Origin: Nemertoderma westbladi | Lineage: Eukaryota > Animalia > Xenacoelomorpha | Direction: 5' to 3' | DNA length: 64,000 nucleotides | NCBI GenBank assembly: GCA_032718475.1 | Contig: JAUCBJ010006665.1 | Location: forward strand, 28,953 to 92,952 | Shown here: in pieces, positions 22,971 through 36,143 of the stretch | How the letters are laid out: each line of letters starts with the position of its first letter | Numbering within the stretch: the first letter of the stretch is position 1 | Made by a program: the position numbers and the translations under genes | Notes under the pieces: generated by a model | Seen by the model: the letters and a program-made list of their open reading frames with translations, nothing else | Told to the model about the DNA's origin: nothing | The model's database searches: none

Positions 22971-24136
22971 AGGCTTTATAAGATGGGGTAGTGAATCAAT
23001 ATAATGCGTCATGTGATCACGCCACACATTGTATTAGTAGTTGTTATTACAACTTATACAGTAGATTACCAATGAACTTATCATTGTCAGTATTATAACA
23101 CAACTAGGTATATTTGGTATATTTTGTTTTTGTATATTTGGTCATCTTCCCCACTTGAAATATTTTTGTGCTAATGTTTAGGTTTGCTGATATCCATAAA
23201 GTTGCATTTACTTTAGAATGAAATATACAACTCTACAAAGAAATGAACAATATAATACAGCTCAATAATAATAATATAAACTTAAACCGAGTTTATTGGC
23301 CATTATTGACGGCACTTCGAATCACAATATCCACATGAAATGAGTAGTTTAAAATCCTGTACCTTCGCAAATATTTGGGGAAATAACTTAACAAATTTAT
23401 TAATTTCAATGAGGAATATTACTGTAACTTATGAATGTGGGGCAAACCACGAAGTCAGGTGAGCCTTGCCTTGACACAGCGGTATAATTAGTAAACCGTC
23501 TGACGGCGCAGTCTTTGGAAATGTTTGAACGTTTTAAGTCGGCCAATCATTGATGGAATGGGACCAAACTTGGATAGTTATTAGTTAAGCTCTTGGACTC
23601 ATGGGTCAAACTCATGTAGTCTTTCAAAAGTTTAGAAATTCTACAGAGAGACAGACTTCTAGCTAGTTCTACAGTTTCTATGTCGGTCGCTAGGGGGCGA
23701 AGTATAAGAAATCAGAAACCTAGAAGTAGCCATAAATATCCATGTTTTTGAATTGAAATGTAACTTGGTCTGGCGGAGCCGGTAACGCCTCATTATTAGG
23801 TCCTTCATCGTTAATATCTGCGTAATACAGTGTGTAGATTTATTTATATTAACAGCTGATAACCGGTACTGGTAAAAATTTAACTGTAATCGTTTTCGGG
23901 TTAGTGTCGGACGTTTTTCTGCACATATTTTCTCTACGTCGTGTGACTTTCAATGATACATAAAAACATAAAATTAACTTAAATAAATTAATATAAATTA
24001 AAAATTGCAGGTTAAAAAAATCGTGATCAAAACAATGACAAAGTTCGATAAAATACCATTTACGTAAATTGTTCATAAATTGTGATCAATTATAAACATA
24101 GAATATAAAACCCAAAATAAGTGCTGGTGCTTAGGA

Positions 24137-27071
24137 TGTGGGGCGAGCCACGAAAGTAAGCGAGCTTAGCATACAGGTACCACTAACTCAATCGGTGTGT
24201 CTGTTGTTCTGTGGGACGAGCCACGAAAGTAAGCGAGCTTAGCATACGGGTACCATTAACTCAATCGGTATGTCTGTCGTTCTGTTGTGTTCAATTTTAA
24301 ACGTTAATAACTCAGCCAAATCTTAATGAAATCCAGTAAGCAACCGAGGGTGAACTCTCTATAGCCGAGGGGCACTTGTATAATAACTAATAATCACGAA
24401 CCCCCTCCTCTTATAATATATAACTCTGTAGTAGTCAGTAGTAGTAGTAGTAATAGTAGTAGTAGTAGTAGTATAAGTAGTAAGTAATAGTATAGGAGAT
24501 CGGTTTAAACCAAAGTGATAAAGTAACATTATTATATAACATAATCATATAGACAAAGTAGAATAAGATACAGATTCATAATTATTTTATCAAACTCATG
24601 TTCTACTTACTTCAATGTGCCAATTGTAATAATAATTAAACATATTATTCCGATTAATCTGCGTTTGGCCCTATAAGATATTATACTGAAGTGTTTTATA
24701 TCAATATATCCATGCGAGTAAACAAGAAGTGAAGTAAATGTTTATTATTATAGTTTTAGAAATTGAATGATATACCCAAGATAGTGAAATAGATAATATA
24801 CAAGAAATTGCCATTTGATCAGATATATCAAAGCGGCGTCTTTAGTATAATACCGTAATAGTATCAATTAACTCTGTTATACAATGTAAATATACTAAAT
24901 CTATTTATAAATATATTATGAGCCCTACATTGTATATTTCTCCTACAGGTAGACAATGTAGATGTTAAAACTTGATATAATTTGGTATAATGTATAACAT
25001 ATTACAAATAAGACTGAGGCAGCTAAACTATATTGCAAAGAAATCAAATATCCTAAAGTAATATACTAGACCCTCCCTCCACCCTATAAATAGTGTTCAC
25101 CACCTACCCCACCCACCGCCCTTATTACTTCATAACAATGAAAGATAGTACTGGCGCTCCGGTCACTCCGTTCCCTCCGCTGGGGGGGTTAAGTTGTAGG
25201 TTTTGACACTATGCAAAATACGAGCACAGAGTTAGAAGCGCATTGGATAGGCGAACATTTCTTGCAGTGAAAGTATTTCCATACCTATTATAGTTTTCGA
25301 GATAGTTAGACATGAGTAGCTAAAATTTGAATATTTTTCGGTAAAGTCTGATTTCACCGGTACCTGTCATCCGAAATATGGATTGTGATATATCGTTAAA
25401 TGCGGGTCCACTATCTGTACATTCAAATATTTTCAAGGAAAAAAATCGATCAAGGGTTTTCGAAATATTTTCGAATTACCGGAAGCAGACTTTGGGCGAC
25501 CATATCTCCGGTACCGGTAGGCCTATTGAGTCGAAATTATTTTTAATCTACTTAGAACACTCCAGTGAATGTTTTTTAGTTTGAAAGTTTTGCCCCAAAA
25601 TGCTCAGAAGTAATTTCGAAAAAAATGATCATTTCGCGATCATGATCTTTTGACCCCCTAGAATTGAACTTTTTAATGGTTAAATTTTGGCTACCCCCCC
25701 TAATTCGAGGGTGAGGAATCTTTTTGTAATGTTAAGTTTTTTCATACGGTGAACTCACAGGACTTGGTCTTCGAAATAAAACCGAAAACATGATCTTTCG
25801 TGATCATGGCCTGATCAAATCGCTTTTTGAAAATTTCGAAATGCTTAAAAGTTGCCCCTTCTTAATAGAAGTCGATTAGTAAAAAAAAAATCGGGGGTCT
25901 CAAACAAAGTTTTCGAGAAAATCGGGAAAAACCGAAAAACACGATCTTTTATGATCAGGTATCAGATCTCGAGAACCGGTTGTCCGATCGAGCCAATTTT
26001 TTTTTAATCAACTCAGAATTGACCATTGAACATTTCTTACAATGAATGTTTATTAGAAAAATGCTTAGATTCGATTTTAAATATACTGATCTTTTCGCGA
26101 TCATGATCTTGAGTTTTGACCCTCTAGACTAGAACTTTTTTTGCCCAAATTTTGGCTACCCCCCATAATTCGAGGGTGAGGAATCTTTTTGTGATGTTAA
26201 GTTTTTCCATACGGTGAACTCCCAGGACTTGGTCTTCGAAATAAAACCGAAAACACGATCTTTCCTGATCATGGCCTGATCAAATCGCTTTTTGAAAATT
26301 TCGAAATGCTCAAAAGTTGCCACTTCATCATAGAAGTCGATTCGTAAAAAAAAAATCGGGGGTCTCAAACAAAGTTTTCGAGAAAATTGGAAAAAACCGA
26401 AAAACACGATCTTTAATGATCAGGTATCAGATCTCAAGAACCGGTTGTCCGATCGAGCCAATTTTTTTTTAATCGACTCAGGGCGTTGTTCCGAACGATT
26501 CCTACAGTAATTGTTTATATCCAAAATGCTTAGTTACGATTTTACGAAGTCCGATCTTTGCGCGATCATGATCTTGCGTTTTGACCGGGAAGAATTCACT
26601 TTTTTAAAATCTTTTAACGGGAATCATGACTAATGTGGGGTCGCTGAATCTTTTTGTAATGTTAAGTTTTTCGATTGGAGCAAGCCTTGAGTGTCCGATT
26701 GCTGATCAAAACTGATCTTTGCTGATCATGGTCAAGATCATGATCTGATCGCTCCAAAAAAAAGGTTGTGAAGGTAAACCCATATGCTGCCTACAGTTTG
26801 GCGCCGGTCCCAAGTCCGTAGCATTAGCGGTTCTGGACTTATCTCCATAGCAACGTGGTTGCTAGGGAAGCGGACTTTTTGACTCAAATTGGCCCTAGCC
26901 GGAGAACCGTAGACTTTTTTAACACATTATGTATGGCGAAAAGTCTTCTGGATAAATTTTGGGGGGGGGGGGGGGGTCTAGGAACATCCTATTGTTCGTT
27001 TTCGCTTAGTTGCTGAGATCCTCTCGTCCCACAAATCCCAGGATTCTATAAAGGCATTCTGCTGGACTAGT
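24137..27071 (+). mobile_element. ~2.9-kb Helentron/HINE-like element with ~480-bp internal tandem repeats
   Basis: Starts tgtggggcgag (head duplicated at 24210), with the inverted partner ctcgtcccaca at about 27023-27033, followed by a weak hairpin and CTAGT. (AGT)n at 24430-24490. Repeats of ~465-480 bp over 25500-26700. Confidence 0.65.
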
Positions 27072-28460
27072 TCCGTGGCCGGAATAGTGTTCGGTGTTCT
27101 GCGAACAGAGAACCTAATCGGTTTAGGGCCCTGACCGTCTAGCCAAACTTGGTACACATGTAGTCTGGCAAAAGTTTAAAAATTTTCCAAGTTGAATTTC
27201 CGCGTGGCCTTCGAGAAACTAAGATAATAACAGTTAATTAGTTAATTAAGTTGATTAGGGTAAAAACAGCATTTTCAACCTGCCTCTTAAAGGATATTAA
27301 TTATTTTCTAGTATAAGATTTAAATAATTATACTTAAAAGTTATACAGCTGTAATCCCCATACCCCATTCCATTATAGTTTTTAATTAGTTGAAGAGATT
27401 TGCTTTAAGAAATGTGTTTTTAATTTATCTAAACCTCATTAACTTATTAAAATGCCCGTCTCCAGCTATAGCTCCCACAGTCCTTGGCATGCTTGCTATT
27501 GCTAGCTGGTAAGTGGAACCAGACCAACACCCTCATCACTACTCCAAGGCATCATTGTAATGAGCAGGAGTAATAAGTCAGCTTGGTTATTGTGTTTACC
27601 TTACAAAATGATTGGCCGAGTACTTAATCATGATTCTTTAGAATAATTAGCTAAATAATTTCGTTGAGGTGTTGACATGATAAATTAATATCTCAGTATC
27701 AATACTCGGCATAAGGTAAGTTTGATATTTCTTACAAATTGGGTCGCCTCCACGCCTAAAATATTTCTGATATTACTTCATGAGGTTAACATGTTACCAA
27801 TAAGATGAGTTTATTGATATCTTTGTTGGTTAAGAAAATTAAATAATATGCGATCTTTAATTATTTTTGCTAGAAATTTGTGCTGTTCGTATATTTGTGA
27901 ATCGCTTTTTTTTATTTGTGAAAGGCTTTATTCTCCTTTCTTTGATTTACTGGTGTTTGGTTAAATTTCTTGAATACCGACTTTGTGATACAGTAGAATC
28001 GCTCAATATTAATCTGTATCTCATAACTAAGCCTCGTGCTGCGCGAAGGCCCTACGAACGTGTTGAGTTATGAGATATGATGGTACTCATTGGTTTTGAT
28101 TTGAGTGTTGAGATAAACGTCAGATAAGAGTTGTTTACTTCACCTGAACCGAGGTAGGGGTAGGGTACAGTAGTAGTCCAGTATACCACCCAGATTGGGA
28201 CACCCATATTGTGAATGGTAAAAACTACAGACGTATAGTTATAGAATATAGACGACGCAAGAGTATAATCCTTATCCGACCTATGGTAGATATCTCGGCG
28301 ACCAATTGTACGAGGCTGTCCGCTTACTTCACGATCGGTAAACATTTAAACACAAAACAACTGAGACAACAAGCTACAGAGATGATCCTGGCTGCTAAAG
28401 TTAAGGGCGCTAAACTGAGGGAAAGAAGTCGAAATGATGCCGTTCGTGGCGTATCCATAA

Positions 28461-29272
28461 TTATAACTTCAGGGATAATGACTGTAGAAAGGGTCTAATG
28501 CCACGGTTAACAAAAACAGTTTCTATTTATATGGCCATTTCATCCTCACGGACGTCTTCAGTAAATAAATTAAAATAACATTAAAACACAATTTATAAAC
28601 CTAAACCATAATATTAAATTTAACGTACGGTACAACCAATTATTATGCAACCAAATTCCGATATACACAGTATGATAGGATGTATTAGATTAATATATTT
28701 AGATTTATCATAATACTGCATGTAGGCCTAGAGATATAATTGTAGGCTACAAGTGTTGTTAAGGTATTAGACGTTCAATATTAAATTTAAAAATTAAAAA
28801 TAAAAATAAAAAGGGTGCTAAATGAAGAGGTGTAAAAAGGGTGGGTAACGTTAAAACCATTAAATGATTAAAAATTGTTAAAAATTGTTGGTTCCAATAT
28901 TAAGTCGTTGAGTTACAAATTTACAAATAAAAGTGAGGGTGGTAAAAGGGTAAAAAAATTCTAAAAAAATATTGGTTCTGAAATAAAAAATCATTAAAAA
29001 TATATTTAAAAGAAGGGAAAGAATACCTAAGCCATAAAATTGAGGGGGATAAAAGGACACATATTACTGATACTAAATAAAAGGAATCCCTACAAGATTA
29101 CATATTACAATTTTTAAAAAAGTTTTTGTTTTGGTATTTCCTATTGAATACTAATATGTTCGGCTATAGTACGTACATTACAGCTGGCTGACACAATGTA
29201 TATTACAGCAAGTAGAGCGTACTGCACAGTGGCATTAGACCCTTTCTACAGTCATTATCCCTGAAGTTATAA
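28461..29272. mobile_element. MITE with 44-bp perfect inverted termini
   Basis: ttataacttcagggataatgactgtagaaagggtctaatgccac (28461-28504) is exactly inverted at 29229-29272; the interior is AT-rich. Confidence 0.85.
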
Positions 29273-30299
29273 AACTGAGGGAGGACTACTGAAATATTAT
29301 CACTATCGAAGGCAACGCCAACAAACTGTCAATCAACATAAGGACGGAAAGAGCAGGTGGTGGTTTCCCAGGTCCAGGGTCCACCTTTTATATGGGCAAT
29401 GAGGATTATAAGAGGAGAGCGATTGTATTTTTTATCCAATTTTATATTTTCTAATTAGTAATTCTGCAGAGCTGAGCAGTGCCAATAATGAGCATGAGAG
29501 GTGTTCGATGGGTTATGTAGGCTGCCATTGATGTGATATAAGAGCAAAAAGGGGAGAATCAACAATCTGAGTAAGCGATCGTGTTTCGAGGGAGCTGGAA
29601 TTTTAATTGAAACTAATGAATATCTACAAATTTACGTCAATGTCAACCTGGTGCTGCCTGACATACGTTATACAACAAACGAAGAAGTTAGCTTGGCCCT
29701 CTATGAAAAAGGCCAGATTGGGAAGTCAGAGTGGAGGGTCCCAGACTACAACTCCCAACAGCAGTGGGTCAGTTTACATTTAGGCATTCACACGTGTCAC
29801 ATCCCTTGTGAATTTAAGGCGAATCACTAAACTTGCCCCATTAGCCACCAGTACACCCAGCCCCGGCACTGCACAGCGGCAAGGAAAATGAACATCACCT
29901 GCTGGTAGGATGAAGTTATTATCCATGAACATCGGATGAGGTCACAAGGTTAGCCACACGGTTTTGGGAGGTGGGTGGATTGGATATTTGTCAGTGCAGA
30001 TAATGACAGAGGAGCAGGTGGTATTGGTCTCTTACTACACTCCTAGATAGATTCATCCGCTGCCAATTCTCAAGGCCTGATAGGATGGAATCATTCAGGT
30101 TCTATGCAAGATAAATTGGATTGTGCCGAATGACTACTGAAAAGTTTAGAACACGCAGGGCGCAGTATCTAATGATGATATTAGCCTAATTAGCTAAAAC
30201 CCTAAGTTTTTAATACCGAACACGAAAGGGTAAGGAAAGGTTCAACTATACATGAAATAGGTAAATCATCTGGAATAACATCTACTCCAAAAGTAAATT

Positions 30300-31315
30300 T
30301 ATTCCGGGCAATTTAAGCCTGTGGTGCTGGTTTATAGCGTGGCAATAACAGCGCAGCTGGTATTCCACAATCTCGGATCGGTAGGAACATCTCATTACCA
30401 AAACCAAGCATCGCCCTACACAGTACACACAATACGGATGAGTCATGCCCGTCACTGATAACAGAAACAAAACTGTCGGGGTGTTTGTAAAAACACGAGG
30501 AAAGGTTCGAAATGGCGGATTTAAGTAAGCGCGGGAAGCCAATTTTGAACATCAGCTGTGAGTGGCTGCTACAGATTTGATGTCACTTTTGACTCTATAA
30601 TGAATTAAATTCACGATGAGGAACATTGATAAAATGTTGTTCACAATTTATTGTAAACTCGGCAGATTGCCTGACCGGTATGCAAGCACCAGCCCGCCCT
30701 AACCGCCATTGCATTACAGTATCGGAGTATTGCTGCATTGCTTACGCTACCGGAGACAGGTACACATTTAATATTCCAAGGAGCTGACTACCAATTATTA
30801 TAGTACCGGCTGACCGGTATTACACAATTAGTGTTATTATTAATCTGTAAATCTAATCTGTGGGCCTTACCGTATTCAATACAGCAGGGAACTGCTGTAT
30901 TGCACACCGGTCAGCAATCTGCCGAGTTTACAACATGAATTTAATTAATTGCAGTGTCAAAAGACGCGCAAGACTCTCCTTAATATAACCCACGTGTGAA
31001 ATAATTGAAATTTAATGTGTAATTGAATGGATCGAAAATTACTATCCATATCCATAGAAACCAATATAAGAAATTATCAATTATCAGAGCACCACCCTAA
31101 ATGACGTCAAATATGTAGCAGCCAATCACAGCCGATTTTCAAAATTGGCTTCCCGGGCTTATTTAAACCCACAATTTCGACCGTTTCCACGTTTATCGTT
31201 CATAAAAGGAGCAGGTTACAATGACAGGCTTTTCTAACCAAAACAATAAACGATGACTCAATAACATAGGTTATTTACAGGGTTATTTTTGCAATACGAA
31301 AATACCACAGGTATG
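30300..31315. mobile_element. Degenerate nested inverted-repeat element(s)
   Basis: 30507-30586 is inverted at 31102-31180. Inner arm ttgtaaactcggcagattgc (30651) is inverted at 30914-30933. The right arm resembles 43060-43130 and the reverse complement of 2048-2101. Confidence 0.6.
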
Positions 31316-31366
31316 AACTATAACTCTTCATTGAATTGATCAGAGACGATCAGTAGGTCTACCAAC

Positions 31367-31621
31367 CTGATCATCCTTAACGCATTCCACTTCGTCTTCA
31401 TCTAGAGAACCCCCGCTAGACTGTTTTTCTCCGAGATCAGCGGGGCTATGGTCCACATTGCTCTGGTTCCCTGACGCCGCTGTAGCTGATGAATCCACAT
31501 GGTTCCCGCTCCCAGACACCACTGATACTACCGGTGGTACAGGCGAGGCGTCAAAGTCCACAGATATGTCCTCAAGAGAAGCGATAGCGCAACGCAATAT
31601 GTGTTTCCGGTCGACTCGAAT
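31367..31621 (-). CDS. ADIPOR: Probable AdipoR N-terminal exon 2
   Basis: 255 nt open, phase 0-0. Acceptor ctttacag, donor CAG|gttggt. Ser/Asp-rich disordered sequence IRVDRKHILRCAIASLEDISVDFD...VKDDQ. Confidence 0.7.
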
Positions 31622-31831
31622 CTGTAAAGGACAGCATTATAGTGAACAGATGAGCAATATCGTAGTCCTACCTGATATAATCACAGAATTGAAGCAAATG
31701 CGGTTTGCATTATTTAATTTATTGCAAATTGCAATAAATTCAATTAAATATAATATGCCTATATTCTTCATGGCACGTTCGTCAGTCATTCGTATCCAAC
31801 CCATCCAATAAACGTTTTCATATTTGTCCCG

Positions 31832-32825
31832 AAACCAGCGGAGGCCTATCGTAACCGTCGGTCGTATGTTAAATTCACGTTTTGTCCGCGTATGTGGAAC
31901 ATCCCCCACATGTATGTGGCACATTCTCCTCATGTATGTGGCACATTCCCCACATGTATGTGCACATTCCCCACACGTATGTGGAAATGTGGCATATTCC
32001 CCACATACATATAGGTGGCACATTCCTAACATGTGTGTGACACATTCCCAAAATATATATGTGGCACATTCCCAACATGTATGTGGCACATTCCCAACAT
32101 GTATGTGGCACATTCTCATTCCTAACATGTATGTGGCACATTCCCATTCCCAACATGTATGTGGTACATTCCCAACATGGACATTGGACATGGTACATTC
32201 CCAACACATGTATGTGACACATTCCGCATATGTATCTGGAATATTACCCACAAGTATGTTTATGTGACACATTCCCAACATGGACATTGGACATGGCACA
32301 TTCCCAACACATGTATGTGGCACATTCCACATATGCATCTGGCATATTACCCACAAGTATGTTTATGTGACACATTCACTATTCACAACATATACTGATA
32401 TATGTGCCACATTCCCACATGTATGTGTCTCCTGCCACATTCCCACATGTATGTGTCACCTGCCACATTCCCACATGTATGTGGCAAGAGGCTCATTCTC
32501 ACATAAATGTGGCACATAACAACATGTATGTGGGACATTCCCACAAGTATGTGACAGATGCCACAGTCCCCATGTGGAACATATTCTTCTCATAGATGGA
32601 ACATCTACTCACATACATGGATGCATGCCTGTCTGTCTGTGGTCTGTGGAATATTTTTCTCAATTGTCTGCGGAACATTTTCTCATCTGTTGTGGGACAT
32701 TTTCTCACATGCCAGTATAGTCTCTGGAAGATTTTCTCACATTTACAGATTTATGTGGAACATATTATATAACCTGTACAGCTGCATGGTATGTATGTAA
32801 AACATTTTTGCACCTTCTCTGGTTT
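31832..32825. repeat. Degenerate ~22-bp atgtatgtggcacattcccaac array with partial inversion, probably a MITE interior
   Basis: Semi-palindromic short repeats. Possible 13-bp termini aaaccagcggagg / ccttctctggttt. Confidence 0.7.
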
Positions 32826-32909
32826 AATATTTTCTAACCTGTATCGCTGTATCTGCGCTGCATCAATCTGCTTACACTGCCAGACTACAACTATCTAATA
32901 TTTTCTAAC

Positions 32910-33134
32910 CTGTCTCTGCTTCGGTCTGCTAACACCACAGCTATCGTTAAGACTGTTCTCCCCTTCCGAATCAGTGGTACCTGGCGACGAGTCCTCAGCG
33001 CTCACATTAATTATGTGCATCGTTTGTTTTTGTGTTTTACGTTTCCTTAAATAATTTGTATTTAAAGAAGAATTGAGAATATCATCGCGGCTTTCAGAGG
33101 AAACAGGACCCCATATATCCCATTTATCAGTCAT
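32910..33134 (-). CDS. ADIPOR: Probable AdipoR first coding exon
   Basis: ATG at 33134; MTDKWDIWGP...LRKRK...PKQRQ, then CAG|gttaga donor, phase 0. Upstream acceptor tttttacag near 33242. The eight exons sum to 1629 nt (543 codons including stop). Confidence 0.65.
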
Positions 33135-34221
33135 AGGATACGGTATATAAGAGACACATAATATATTTATAATAGTGTAAGTTGGAATTTCTAAATTATC
33201 CTAGATTCCGGTTATAAATTACAGAACGGTAAATCTTGAATCTGTAAAAAGCAGAACCCAGTACGGTCAGACGGTAGGCCTACAGTAATGAAGGATAATA
33301 CTGTAATAGAATATTAATATTATTATTAGCCTACAGTATTAACACTCATCTGCTCATACTGTCATTGTGTCATACCATGATAAAATAAACATTTCACATT
33401 TATAGGCCTATTCCATATTATACTGTTATAGGGGCCTACCATAGCAGCATAACCATAACAAATATGTACCGGTACCGGTATATACCGGTACTGGTCAGCT
33501 GGTATATGCATAATTACTGTGTACTGAATTATGGATAATACTGTAATAATAGACTGGCATAACTGCATAATATAGGCAGATAGGCTGATAGGCCTACCGG
33601 TCACCGGATGCAAAATAGATAGGCCCACCGGAACCGGTAGCGCTACCGAACACGAACATTAGAGTAAAATAGCCATCACTCATTTTTTGAGCATCCAATA
33701 GGCCTACTGCAATAATATTGTCCTTGTCCGTTTATAACTCAGTAACTGCTTACAGGCTTAAGACATTCAGACATTAGATAGAGCAGTAGAGTGCTTTCAG
33801 TTGTTGTTGTTGTGTTGTGGGAATGCTGGAATGCAATCTAACAGACAGTCAGCAGGTCAGGCAGCACGCAGTGTAAGTAGGCCTAGGCCTACTGAAGTAA
33901 TGCAGCACAGTTGAGCAGGTCAGGCTCAAGCCTACGCCTCGCCTACCTGCCTACTGGCCAACGCCTACGGGCCTACGTATATATCTGGATCTGCATGTAG
34001 TATCGGTCAGCTGGTCAGCCGGGTAGCCTTTACCGCGTACTGGTAGGCACAGGCAGACAGGCACTGAGGAAGTAGGAGTAGGCTGGTAGGCCTAAAGTCT
34101 GATAGTGAACAGCTGACAGACAGACAGACTGGTACTTACAGACTTAGGCCTGACAGCCTGACCTTGGCCTACAGCTGTACAGTGTACAGTGTTGCGTTGC
34201 CTAGCCTAAAGCACAAGCCAG

Positions 34222-35423
34222 GGGTAAATCTTTTCGACCTACGCGTAGGCCTACGCGTAGCTACGCGTAGCTACGCGTAGCTACGCGTAGTTCGCAACAT
34301 TGGGTCATATATCACCAGTTTCAGAGTTTTAACAATAACTACGCGTAGGTGCTACGCGTAGCTACGCGTAGGTGCTACGCGTAGCTACGCGTAGGTCCTA
34401 CGCGACCTACGCATAGGTGCTACCCATAACTATGCCTATACGTCAGTACGTCGTTTATCATTAGTAGGCTTACGTATTCCAAGCGAGTCAGTACTAAAAT
34501 AAGACACAATACGGTATGTTCAATAAACAACCCACAACCATCAAATGCTTTCAACAGTAATGTATCCTATACCTGTATACTCTATATAGAGGAATACGCG
34601 AAAACTACATATTCTTCACTTCATGCGTTGCGGGCGGTAAAATGTGTTAATAATTAATGTTTAGAGTTCAAAAATAGTTTACAAAGGAAATAAGCCGATG
34701 GTTCTTATCGATTCTCTATGCTTTTTATTGCCTTTGTTCACGATAGGGCAAGGATATACTGTATTTAATATGTTAACCCCTTGACAAGGGAAGGGGGAGA
34801 CTAAATTGTCTACCATGATTGGTTGCACTTGTCATTTGACCAAACAATTTGATTATATGCAGTGTTTATCAGCTTTCGCTTAACCTCTTCACCGGTAGAC
34901 TGGTCGCTTTATTTACTACTGTTCAATATTTAAATAATCCAATGGAAACAAAGATACTTGAATCATGAGACGTGAATTTCAAGTTTACTTTTTATTCATC
35001 CTCTGTGTTTGTATGTGAAAGAGCCGAATATTATTTATTACCAGTGCTGTATGTAGAGATATGAGTTTCCGACTCTGTTATTACATTTGTCTGATAATCA
35101 GATACCTGAACCTGACATATACCGATACTTGCCTAACAACTCAACCCTACCGGACCTGAAATGAAAAATCATTGTTATCAGGACTGGTACGCGTAGCACC
35201 TACGCGTAGCTACGCGTAGCACGTACGCGTTGTTTCAAAATACCTACGCGTAGTTCCAAAATTACTACGCGTAGTTTTAAAACACCTACGCGTAGTTGTT
35301 AAAAAGGCAGTAAGTCTGGCCCTACCGGTAAATGACAGGAATGGAAGTTACAAACTACGCGTAGCTACGCGTAGCTACGCGTAGCTACGCGTAGGCCTAC
35401 GCGTAGGTCGAAAAGATTTACCC
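34222..35423. mobile_element. MITE with long perfect TIRs, palindromic ctacgcgtag subrepeats and 8-bp TSD
   Basis: gggtaaatcttttcgacctacgcgtagg... is inverted at the right end. TSD CAAGCCAG at 34214-34221 and 35424-35431. Confidence 0.92.
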
Positions 35424-36143
35424 CAAGCCAGCAAGCGCGGATATACAAGTACAGACAGACAGAAGTATACAATGCGATTTAGGCTATTTCATTTTTTTGT
35501 TTATTGACATTACATCGCAGCTGATTGTTCATTGTTCCGTTATCGGTTCTTAGAGTTAGAGTCATGGAAGACTAACATTGTCAATTCCCATCCGTCCGTC
35601 GAAACACCCACATCACAACAAATCACACAAAATAACAACCAAATCACACGAAATCATAAACAAAAAATTCTGATTTTCAGTTTTTCAAATCGTTTATTGT
35701 TTATCCTTTTGGCTACTCGCTGCTCCTTTACTTTTTAATTTTTTGTCATTTTGTGTGATTTTGTTGTGATTTGGTAGGCCTATCATTTGGTGTGATTTGG
35801 TATCACTGTAGGTGTGATTTGGTTTTGTGATTTGGTGGGATATTTAGTTTGTGATTTGGTTTGATTTAGCTTACACGGTGATTAAACGGACCCATTCCCT
35901 CGGGGGTGGGTGAAAACTGCGAGACTGCGACATGGAATGATGTAGTTAATTCTTATTATTTATTGCAGAACTAAATCCATATTACATTTACATACTGTAT
36001 TAGAGCCCATGTGAAGAATATATTATTTATTACGAATGAATATAGATATTTAGAAGAATATACTGCATATTTATTTCCATATGCAGGCCTGGGGCAGTAA
36101 GGGCTACACAAGATCTAAGATTTCTAGTGTATAGCACAAGTAA

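Noticed and set aside
31637-32800. Cys/His/Met-rich ORFs on both strands
   Set aside because: They are translations of a degenerate ~22-bp repeat.
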